Virus record (IMG/VR): IMGVR_UViG_3300045996_003284
Span: 1 to 64,000 of that record
DNA: 64,000 nucleotides
Strand: one strand, 5' to 3'
DNA from: a virus
The translations under genes and the position numbers were made by a program. Positions 38,001 to 44,942 of this stretch are shown here, one piece after another (within the stretch, counting starts at the first letter, position 1; each line of letters starts with the position of its first letter). The notes under the pieces were generated by a model. It saw only the letters and a list, made by a program, of their open reading frames with translations. It was not told where the DNA came from and did not search any database.

Positions 38001-40082
38001 CGTAACTCTCCGAGTCATGGCGTAGATGGCTGCCGCTCCTGCCAAAACGGCGGTCGCGATCCCCAACAGGGGAGTTGCCATGAGAAACTTTGACAGCAGG
38101 AGGAACTGCACACCGAGTTCCATAACGGCAGCCGAAAGACTGGTGATCCACGAAATCAACTTGATGCCAATCAGAGTGAGCGCCACACCCTTAACAAGCT
38201 CGATGTTGTCAGCCAGCACCTTGAAGGTGGAGATCAGACCCTCGATGGCACTTTTGAGCAGACCTCCCAAATCGGAGGCCATCTTTTTTCCGACATCGCT
38301 GTTCATGAACTTGGCTAAGGCATCGGCTCCTTCGGCGAGAGCCTTGAGAAATCCACCGCTGGCAATGGTGTTCTTGATCTCGTTAAGCGCATTGTTGAAC
38401 CGGGCAAACGACGCGCTAGCACTCTGAACCGTTCCCTCGACCGGAAACTTGCCCTTAAGCGCTTCGCCGAAGACATCAAAGAACGATCGGGCACTCACCG
38501 CGCCGTTTTCCATCGCCCGGCCAAGGTCCTCGGCCGTCATGCCCAACGCACGAGCCGTGATGTTGAAGGCGCCAGGAAGTTGCTCGGCCAACTGACCGCG
38601 CAGTTCTTCCGCCATGATCTGCCCTTTTGAAGCAAATTGCTCCAAAGCTTTGAAGGCGAGGGATATTTGCTGCGGACCACGACCCAGCAGTGACATGGCC
38701 TGCGCTGTCGCAAAGAAAGCATCCTTGGCTTTCTCAACGTCCACATTGCCACCTTGGATAGCGGCAACGAAACTGACGTATTCCTTCCCGGTCTGCAGCA
38801 GATCAATGCCGAGACGGTTTGTTTCCGTCCGCAGACGTTCCATCTCAATGGTTGCCTGACCAGAGGAACCGGTCGCGCTTTGCAAACCTTTCTGCAAACT
38901 GTCAAAGGCCATGCCGGTCCGGGCGATGTCGCGCCCAATGACGATCATGGCCCCGCCGGCCAGAACGCCGTTCATGCTCATGGCAGCGGACTGAACTCTA
39001 CCGAGAGCGCTGATCAGGTGCTCTGCCTGTTTAACCGCGCCTGACGTGTCAAACTTGGCGTTAATCGTTTTTGTTACCCGCTTGGCGGCGTTCGAAAGAT
39101 ACGCCTCAGCATCGTAGCTGAGCGCCTTCTTCTTCTCCATCCGCTCGGTGGCCTGACGGCGGGTTTCCGGCATCGGGCCGACGAACGCAGGAGAGGATGG
39201 CGAAAATGCCCTAGCCTGACGTTCCCGATCGGCCCGTCGCATTTCAGCGGCTGCTTGTGCCGCTTCGCGCGCAAGACGTTGGTTGTGGCGACGCTGTTCC
39301 TGTTCGCTCTGTTGCCAGACGGACAGGCGTTCGGCGGCCTGCTCCTTGAAGACGCCGGTGGTTTTTTCCTCCGCCGCCCTCAGCGCCGCAATATCCGCCT
39401 GGTACTGACGGGGAGATATGGGGCCAACAAAGGCAGGAGAGGATTCCGGGATCTTGCGCGACTCAGAAAGTCGCTCTGCTTCAGCGGTTCGTGCCTGTGA
39501 TCGCGTTCTCGGGCCGATAAAATCTTCGGCCGACAGTTTGGATGCCCGAACCGCGGCTTTGCCCAGCTCATCGAGTTGACGCGTTAACTCGGCAACCCGA
39601 ACTTGGATCTTCGCGACCGCTGCAGTTCCGCCGTCTGCTAGGCCGGACAGATCCTTAGCCCCCAAACGGTCCAATTCAGTGGAGACGGAACGAACCTGAC
39701 GATTGATTTCGGACGCATCAATCCGCGGCATGGCGATCCGGCCAATTGCTGCGTTCAGGCTGGCAACTTCACTCCGGAGTTGATTGAACTGCGGCGTAGA
39801 CGCAACAGTTGCTCGCTTGGCCGCTTCGCGCTGGGTGATCGCCGTCTTCTCGCGTTCAGCACGCTCGTGTCCTGCGACTTCCGACTGGGGACTGCCGGAT
39901 GCCCCCGATGCCGCACGCCTTGGTGTTGAGATGCTCTGTTTGCTCAGCGCCTGCATTGCCTGGAGGGTTTCCTGCGCCTTGAGACGCACACTCTCCAGCG
40001 CATCCTTGACCAGATCCGCCCCAGTTTTCGCCCTCGATCCGTCAATCAGGATCTCAAGATGGGCTGAGTTCTCAATAGCCAT
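35046..40082 (-). CDS. Tape measure protein
   Basis: 1678 aa helical; QFASKGQIMAEELRGQLAEQLPGA tape-measure domain; C-terminal HTGGIIG...PRFHSG...ETPAILKENEGVFTP. Confidence 0.95.
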   Translation of the reverse strand: MAIENSAHLEILIDGSRAKTGADLVKDALESVRLKAQETLQAMQALSKQSISTPRRAASGASGSPQSEVAGHERAEREKTAITQREAAKRATVASTPQFNQLRSEVASLNAAIGRIAMPRIDASEINRQVRSVSTELDRLGAKDLSGLADGGTAAVAKIQVRVAELTRQLDELGKAAVRASKLSAEDFIGPRTRSQARTAEAERLSESRKIPESSPAFVGPISPRQYQADIAALRAAEEKTTGVFKEQAAERLSVWQQSEQEQRRHNQRLAREAAQAAAEMRRADRERQARAFSPSSPAFVGPMPETRRQATERMEKKKALSYDAEAYLSNAAKRVTKTINAKFDTSGAVKQAEHLISALGRVQSAAMSMNGVLAGGAMIVIGRDIARTGMAFDSLQKGLQSATGSSGQATIEMERLRTETNRLGIDLLQTGKEYVSFVAAIQGGNVDVEKAKDAFFATAQAMSLLGRGPQQISLAFKALEQFASKGQIMAEELRGQLAEQLPGAFNITARALGMTAEDLGRAMENGAVSARSFFDVFGEALKGKFPVEGTVQSASASFARFNNALNEIKNTIASGGFLKALAEGADALAKFMNSDVGKKMASDLGGLLKSAIEGLISTFKVLADNIELVKGVALTLIGIKLISWITSLSAAVMELGVQFLLLSKFLMATPLLGIATAVLAGAAAIYAMTRRVTENAKAQLEHNAALKELKDLRSQLKASANDKDEVNDIRAKITAIRDLAREEQKRLDDNIKKMRDAQRIQEAMSTTGLGAEFGGMMPADPNRDADIAREQRERQMARQRAQAAQRALMTNQTGFTGGFAGAGTSATASGVRETAQAEILAKATEQIQRQIAEQDKLFQAFEMNAAAAAELKSQMEMLAQVKMDWGDKVSAEGLKEIMSLMGQLSEAKDRVKAGPIIQELNTSILDLHKLAEAHGKGGDAADKEKVAQEARNRIVEAGVNISSRAAQAIFTLSEANWEAARAADAAKRSAELQQNAAVARATTDVLLNRAGLDRVAGVAQIQEADQLGLDIGDKSPFKKNADRWAPVFEAGKTAAVEASEAQKQQNMNLDHQLRVMDKIIAGEKSRTAEGARRAAEEKAFLELQTRGPTGVGLGSITREELTPEQKAYIEKSGKIAEKEFQASKTPRAKAEKVDRFGEKLRELQESIAAERELAVAYGKGTEAVEQQTRAQSIMNQVHALSEKLTKQQKDKLEELIGTLYDAKTAAAFEGAKMDLRNEIAQIEAMARVQLGSAEAANREAIAQQARDEAIRLGVSTDKEAIRSLEELMLARQNAEQAGMVNQRIRETRDTIKDYEDEANALKLVGQERIRRIAELQQEQELRDQGISKNTPRFEEAVRGSGEVAIREYIDASNESIRSTEGQIDAVGRQSAAMSLLGEAYVRRSAELEKEAELLQANGDATDEYSQKQIKLAGDLAVVSDRLAKQNDSLRQLADSGLTFDQQMREISYGGLMNMEDALVDIITGTKSVKEAFADMARSIAADLARMAIRQAITIPIAMAMNGMFGGMAGAGAMGAMGTMGAMGAMGAMGGGFPMAHTGGIIGQDRLATKSVAPEVFQGAPRFHSGKLPSLAPGETPAILKENEGVFTPGQMKALGPAGGNTSITVSPNVNVNMPQGASQEDGERFGKAITRQLQGMVQEEIRRSIRPGGQLNPNGMG
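35432..35505 (-). repeat. 9-nt (Met-Gly-Ala) tandem repeat in tape measure gene
   Basis: GAMGAMGTMGAMGAMGAMGG. Confidence 0.8.
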
Positions 40083-40508
40083 CTGGCGGGGCTTCCTGTT
40101 CGGCGGAAGAAAGGGAAGGGTCTTGAGACGAGACAGCGGCAGCCGCCGCTTCTTTGGCCTGATCCTTGGTCGCCGCTGGCAGTTGCAGCAGCGCGTTCAT
40201 CAGATCACGGCCAACTGATTTGGGGTCCGGCCTGGCGTCATCCGATTTGCCGGCCGGTCTCAACTTAGCCATTAACTCGGACAGTTTTGGAAAGTGCTTG
40301 ACGTCGACCCGATGGAGGAAAGCGGTATGCCAAGACACCCACAAGTCTCGCTCACGCTCGGCTATCGACCGGTCGTTGGCCGCTTCGACGCAGAGTTTCA
40401 GTTCGTTGGGCGTAAGATCCCAGAAGTCGTTCGGCTTGATGCCGATCCGGAAGGCGGTCTTCAGAGCCAGCGCTATGCCGCGGTCGCCTTCTTCTTCCGA
40501 GGGTTTCC
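40072..40508 (-). CDS. Tail assembly chaperone C-terminal extension (gpGT-like), reached by -1 frameshift
   Basis: -1 frame is open from GGAAAC and reads IGIKPNDFWDLTPNEL; no good start of its own; ends overlapping the TMP start. Confidence 0.75.
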
Positions 40509-40844
40509 AGTTTCCTCGGACTCGGCCTCCTCCTTCTCCTTACGCTCCGGCGGTGTCTTCGCACCCCACCAGGAGAAGTTGATCAAATCGGTCACCGCAT
40601 CAATCGCCCTCTCCAGCGGCGGTGATAGGTCCATGATTACGTCCGGCGTCATCTCCGGGTGCTTCTCCGCCATGGCGACGGCCATGATCACCGCCAGATG
40701 CTCGGGATCGGTGAGATTGTAACCCTCAGGATAGGAGCGACGGACCTGAGCGATGCCATGCCAACTCAGGCGCATTTGATAAGATTTGCCGTCAATCTCG
40801 ATAAAGACGGTGCCGCGCGGCGGGTTGTCGGGAAGGGATGCCAT
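40473..40844 (-). CDS. Tail assembly chaperone (gpG-like)
   Basis: NPPRGTVFIEIDGKSYQMRLSW; ends ..GNP.. at the slippery site; lies between tail tube and TMP. Confidence 0.8.
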   Translation of the reverse strand: MASLPDNPPRGTVFIEIDGKSYQMRLSWHGIAQVRRSYPEGYNLTDPEHLAVIMAVAMAEKHPEMTPDVIMDLSPPLERAIDAVTDLINFSWWGAKTPPERKEKEEAESEETGNPRKKKATAA

Positions 40845-40848
40845 GGAC

Positions 40849-41208
40849 CTATACGTTATTTTTCGCAGTTAACTGCCACGCGGGCAGGATGAAATGGCGA
40901 TAGTGCTCGGCATCGCCATACTCGGCGGGGTCCGGTTCCGTCAGTACGGAGATCATCTCACCGTTAACGCCCGTAACCGTTCCAGCCCGACCCTGAATCG
41001 TGACGATCTGACCGACCTCGTACACCGGCAGCGGTTCATCCGGTTCCAGGTCAGCATCGCCAACGACAAGTTCGGTGCGGAAACCATGCGGAGTCAGTTC
41101 GCGCATCAGCACGTGGTAGAGCGGACCGTTGGGGCCGCCGACAACGTCCGTGATGATGCCGCGCCCGGACCAGAAGATATTGACCGGATCGCCTTTGGCA
41201 AAGGGCAT
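40849..41208 (-). CDS. Hypothetical protein, two SH3/KOW-like repeats
   Basis: FAKGDPV.....GIITDV and YEVGQIV.....GTVTGV; GAGG RBS. Confidence 0.55.
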   Translation of the reverse strand: MPFAKGDPVNIFWSGRGIITDVVGGPNGPLYHVLMRELTPHGFRTELVVGDADLEPDEPLPVYEVGQIVTIQGRAGTVTGVNGEMISVLTEPDPAEYGDAEHYRHFILPAWQLTAKNNV

Positions 41209-41235
41209 GGTACCTCAGTGGAGATGGGGCAAAGG

Positions 41236-41263
41236 AAAAGGGCGGCTCATCCGGACCGCCCTT
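41236..41263 (-). terminator. Intrinsic terminator after tail tube gene
   Basis: AAGGGCGG-loop-CCGCCCTTTT. Confidence 0.7.
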
Positions 41264-41311
41264 GGTGGGGAATGAGCCTGTGGACGCAAATTGCGAACAT
41301 CGAAGCTTATG

Positions 41312-41731
41312 CTATGACGGGTTGAAGTCCCAGACGACAGCCCCCGAAATCTCCAACGTTATTGTTGCCGTTGTCAGGGCATCGACACCACCGGCAACAC
41401 TGAAGCCCATGACAAAGGCGTCAAAGATTGCTGTAGCATTGTTTTCGTCGGAAAATGTGATCTTGAACTTCTTTTTCGTGCTCGCCGCGCGATCCGCAAG
41501 CAGAGCCTGCTGTCCGGCATCTCCTGGCTCGAAATTGCATTCAAGGCTCAACTGTCCCTCGTCTTGCAAACCTAAGACTTTTTCTTTGCCCGTGCTCTGA
41601 AGGGTTGTTGCGTCAATGACCGCAGACTGACCCCCAGGGCCGGTAAAGGACCGGATCTCGGCGAGGGTGACATACGCTCCTGGGGTGGCGCTTTCTCTGG
41701 CAATAGTCGTGCCTTGGGCGTTAAATGCCAT
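41312..41731 (-). CDS. Major tail tube protein
   Basis: AQGTTI, LAEIRSFTGPGGQSAVIDATTL, KEKVLGLQDEGQLS, TATITLEISG. Confidence 0.92.
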   Translation of the reverse strand: MAFNAQGTTIARESATPGAYVTLAEIRSFTGPGGQSAVIDATTLQSTGKEKVLGLQDEGQLSLECNFEPGDAGQQALLADRAASTKKKFKITFSDENNATAIFDAFVMGFSVAGGVDALTTATITLEISGAVVWDFNPS

Positions 41732-41767
41732 AGCGGTAACTCCTTAGTATGGCGGCTGGAGGCGGGC

Positions 41768-41794
41768 AACAAAAAACCCCGCCGAAGCGGGGTT
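41768..41794 (-). terminator. Intrinsic terminator
   Basis: AACCCCGC-TTCG-GCGGGGTTTTTT. Confidence 0.85.
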
Positions 41795-41904
41795 CCTGTT
41801 TGGTGATGGAGTCTGTTTAAGGCTGCAAATGTCGCCACCTCGCGCCATTCTTTATCCGAGTAATGGCCGTTCGTGCGATGCGTACGGACGACAAAAGCGT
41901 CTTC

Positions 41905-42132
41905 TCAGAGTGTCTCGCCCGGCTTCGGCGGCAGCACCACCTCACCGGCCACCGGTACGGTCAGCCACGTCAGTCCGTTGGAGATGGCAAGGCTGACAAC
42001 AGTGCCGTCATCAGCCTTGAGAACCACCAAGTGGTTCGCCTTGCCGGCAGCCAGGGGCAGGTCGGCGACCGTGTAGGACGGCAGCGCGCGGGGGGTGGGT
42101 GGCTTGGGCGGCTTGGGCTTGGGCATCGGCAT
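41905..42132 (-). CDS. Small virion decoration-like protein
   Basis: RALPSYTVADLP.A....SNGLTW motif; AGGAG RBS. Confidence 0.6.
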   Translation of the reverse strand: MPMPKPKPPKPPTPRALPSYTVADLPLAAGKANHLVVLKADDGTVVSLAISNGLTWLTVPVAGEVVLPPKPGETL

Positions 42133-42162
42133 AGCGGTCTCCTGGACGAACGCTCATGAGAA

Positions 42163-42387
42163 CTACGAGGCAGCGACAGCGACGCCTAGCAGGATGCGCA
42201 GCCAGCTTGTTCCGTTGGAGTAAGCAAGACAGGGCTGACCGGCGGCGCCGTTGCTGACATAGATCATGCGACCGGTGTTTTCAGAGGCCGGCGGGGCGTT
42301 CGCAACCGTAAAGGTGGAGAGGGGGAGCGCGCGGTTGACGGCGCGGTTGCCGACTTGTCCGGGTTGGGCGTCATTGGGCAGTGCCAT
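42163..42387 (-). CDS. Small virion decoration-like protein (paralog of 41905-42132)
   Basis: RALPLSTFTVANAPPA...GRMIYVSNGA.G...LAYSNGTSW; GAGGAG RBS. Confidence 0.65.
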   Translation of the reverse strand: MALPNDAQPGQVGNRAVNRALPLSTFTVANAPPASENTGRMIYVSNGAAGQPCLAYSNGTSWLRILLGVAVAAS

Positions 42388-42414
42388 GGGAAACTCCTCA
42401 TGTAGACAGGCATG

Positions 42415-42439
42415 AAAAAGCCGCCCATGATGAGGCGGC
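42415..42439 (-). terminator. Intrinsic terminator after acb2
   Basis: GCCGCC-loop-GGCGGCTTTTT. Confidence 0.7.
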
Positions 42440-42461
42440 GTAGGGAACCGGGGGAGGTCGG

Positions 42462-42680
42462 CTATTCTTCGGGACGAGCCACAGCGCGGACTAAGGCCAT
42501 AAAGCCTTTCTGAATATCCGTTTTCGCGATAGTGACCCAACGCTGGTCAGCATCCTCGCTGTCGCGGATTTGGTGGAGGAGTTGAAGCACCGCCCGTTCC
42601 GTGGCCTTGATCGCGTTGATGGAGGCGATCTCCCGCTCACTCAGGCGACGGTATCCGGCGATCAGCGACGTGTCGGGCAT
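42462..42680 (-). CDS. acb2: Anti-CBASS cyclic-oligonucleotide sponge, Acb2 family
   Basis: IAGYRRLS.REI..IN.IK ... RW..IAKTDIQKGFMALVRAVARP matches the Acb2 signature. Confidence 0.85.
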   Translation of the reverse strand: MPDTSLIAGYRRLSEREIASINAIKATERAVLQLLHQIRDSEDADQRWVTIAKTDIQKGFMALVRAVARPEE

Positions 42681-42986
42681 CTACAAGCCCCGCGGCAACA
42701 GCGAACGTGGCTGGATCCATTCGGGGGTGTCGTCAAAAATTCCGAGTTTTGGGACATCAGGAACCAAGGCGCGCAGGCGCTTGATTTCCTCTTCCAGGTT
42801 CTGCATAGCCTTCACCATGAGCGCCATTTCAGCGTGGCAGTCTTTGATCTCCTTCTTCATCGCCTGGATTTCGGCAGGCGGGATGAGCAGGAAGGACTGC
42901 GGCTTGAAGGAGGACGCCAGCGGCTTATCGGCGGTGATCAGACGGGAGGTGATTTCGCACGGGGTGGGTCTGCCGGTACTGCTCAT
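42681..42986 (-). CDS. Hypothetical coiled-coil protein
   Basis: GAGG RBS; stop abuts the acb2 ATG. Confidence 0.5.
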   Translation of the reverse strand: MSSTGRPTPCEITSRLITADKPLASSFKPQSFLLIPPAEIQAMKKEIKDCHAEMALMVKAMQNLEEEIKRLRALVPDVPKLGIFDDTPEWIQPRSLLPRGL

Positions 42987-43020
42987 GATACCCTCGCACA
43001 GGTGTCTGGCCGCCCTAGGA

Positions 43021-43425
43021 TTAACCCGGAACGGCTTCGTCGTAGCGGAAACTGATGGAAACATTGATCTGGAAGTCGCCGTCGGCCACATTGCCAACCT
43101 CTTCGACGTCGGTGGTCAGACAGTCCAGACCGCTGAAGCTCTTGCCTTCGAAGATGCGCCGGGCGGACTGCGCCAGGGTACGGCCTTGCTTCAACCCCTC
43201 GCCAAGCGGGATGTAGATCTGCAAAAAGGCGTAGCCGGCGCGGGTGTAGGTCTTGGTTAATCCGGTCCAGGAACGCAGCCGCGAAGCGCCATGGCGAACG
43301 GTGAAACGCACCCAGACGGTCGGCGGTGAGGGTGGAACGGTGTTGTCCCAAACAACTGGCGTGGCGTTGGCCCAGTTGAGCTTGAAGGTGCTCTCCAACA
43401 GGGTGGCGGCCTCGTCGGGGGTCAT
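43021..43425 (-). CDS. Tail terminator-like protein
   Basis: VVWDN...P...WVRFTV, AGYAFLQIYIP.GEG, ARRIFEG, FQINVSISFRY. Confidence 0.8.
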   Translation of the reverse strand: MTPDEAATLLESTFKLNWANATPVVWDNTVPPSPPTVWVRFTVRHGASRLRSWTGLTKTYTRAGYAFLQIYIPLGEGLKQGRTLAQSARRIFEGKSFSGLDCLTTDVEEVGNVADGDFQINVSISFRYDEAVPG

Positions 43426-43838
43426 TCTTTCTTGAGGTCCATGTTGATGGCCTGAACTGTCAGTTTAAGCATACCGCTGGGAGCTTGGGCACTCCGCGTG
43501 CCGGATTCCAATTCTTCAATGTAGGGCACGTTGTTCCGAATGTAGATGCTGTCACCGAACCGGTACTGGTTGCGCACCAAGGCCATGGCGCGTTGGGTGG
43601 CAGTGAACGCTGATCCAGCGGTAGAGCCTCGGTGTCCCTCAGAGAACGGCACCTCGCCGAGAAAGGGTGCGTTGAGGGTCGGCACCCAATTGGTTTGCGC
43701 CCGGCTGGTGTCGATCGGCGTAAGCCGGACAACTTCCGTGATCGCGACCTGAGCCACCGAGCGGACAGTTTCAGCATGAGCTTCCTTGACAGTATTGACA
43801 AAACTGTCAAGCTTGAGGCCAAAGCTTCGCAGGGACAT
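43422..43838 (-). CDS. HK97 gp10-like tail completion/neck protein
   Basis: TPIDTSRAQTNW, IYIRNNVPYIEELESG.RSAQAPSGM. Confidence 0.85.
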   Translation of the reverse strand: MSLRSFGLKLDSFVNTVKEAHAETVRSVAQVAITEVVRLTPIDTSRAQTNWVPTLNAPFLGEVPFSEGHRGSTAGSAFTATQRAMALVRNQYRFGDSIYIRNNVPYIEELESGTRSAQAPSGMLKLTVQAINMDLKKE

Positions 43839-43978
43839 GGCGTCTCGCAGACATGGAAAAGGCACCAAAGGTCATCGGGCGCCGATTTTACAAACAGTTC
43901 CGCTGGGTTTGTCAAATAACATGCCTAAAATGACTTGTCACGACCTTGTACGGTATCAGCGGTCAAAATTGACCGAGC

Positions 43979-44332
43979 CTATTTTCGCAAGGTCAGATGC
44001 CAGTAAATACGCCGGTCGCCGCCAACTCTCACGACGGTCCAGGTGTCGGAGCCGTCGATGATCGTGTCGCCCTGCCGGGGTTCGAAGGACAGATCGCGGG
44101 CGCGAAGAATGCACATCTGGTCACCGGCCCGGATATCGGTACCGTTGATCAGGTTGACAGCGTATTCGACCAGGGCTGCTTTCAAGGTGGTTTCCGTCAC
44201 GGTGACGTTTTGGGGGGCCTCCGGATTGTAAGCGGCGCGCTCCATGCGGCGGTAGGTAACCGGACGGATCAGGTCACCGAGTAATATCCAGGCTTTGTCC
44301 AGACCGTTTTTAACAACCGTGAGCAAACTCAT
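43979..44332 (-). CDS. Head closure (stopper) protein
   Basis: INGTDIRAGD, P..GDTI.DG..TWTVV.V, YWHLTLRK. Confidence 0.8.
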   Translation of the reverse strand: MSLLTVVKNGLDKAWILLGDLIRPVTYRRMERAAYNPEAPQNVTVTETTLKAALVEYAVNLINGTDIRAGDQMCILRARDLSFEPRQGDTIIDGSDTWTVVRVGGDRRIYWHLTLRK

Positions 44333-44883
44333 CGGACAAGTCTCCCGGAGCCGTAGCCGTAGCGCGGCATGCCAAGACCGCGCAGTTTCATATAGACGGA
44401 GCGCGGCATCAGCAGCGGTGCCGTGGTGACCGATGAGGACGACCCGGACGACGACGAGGACCCGGCCATGGTAACGGCGATGGGACCAATCTCAACCTTG
44501 GACACATCACCGTCCGATGCTGAAACGACTTCGGTAACGCCGCTATCCCGCTGGCGGCGCAGGAACAGAGCCAGTTCTGCCGTCGCTTGGCGAGCGGCCA
44601 TGGGGATTTCGTTGCTCCGGATCATGCTTCGTCCGGAGCGGTCCGGCATGCCATAGCGTGGCAACTGGAGCGCCTGGGTGTAGCGCAGAACGACACCGTT
44701 GAATTCCCAGAAGTCATCGATGATCGACGTCGCCTGGATCAGGGCGGCCTGCTTATCTTCCAGGTCGAGGGAATCCCAGTCATCACGATCCATGCTGGAC
44801 GCAAAGTAGGAATCGGCCCAGGTGACCGAGACATAAGAGTTCGCCTCGGATAGACCCGAGCCGTCTTCCACGATAAAAGCCAC
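44329..44883 (-). CDS. Head-tail adaptor (often annotated DnaT-like ssDNA-binding)
   Basis: IVEDGSGLSEANSYVSV..AD.YF, K.AALIQAT..ID, QAL..PR, IP.....ATAELA. Confidence 0.85.
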   Translation of the reverse strand: MAFIVEDGSGLSEANSYVSVTWADSYFASSMDRDDWDSLDLEDKQAALIQATSIIDDFWEFNGVVLRYTQALQLPRYGMPDRSGRSMIRSNEIPMAARQATAELALFLRRQRDSGVTEVVSASDGDVSKVEIGPIAVTMAGSSSSSGSSSSVTTAPLLMPRSVYMKLRGLGMPRYGYGSGRLVR

Positions 44884-44942
44884 GGTCCACCTGCCGGAAT
44901 GAGGTTGCGGAGAGAGTTGGGTGCGGAACCCGGTTGGCGCGA

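Noticed and set aside
43885-43920. Sigma70 promoter TTGACA...TAAAAT
   Set aside because: 19-bp spacer; not called as a feature
44329-44883. DnaT replication function
   Set aside because: Position before the head-closure gene indicates a head-tail adaptor
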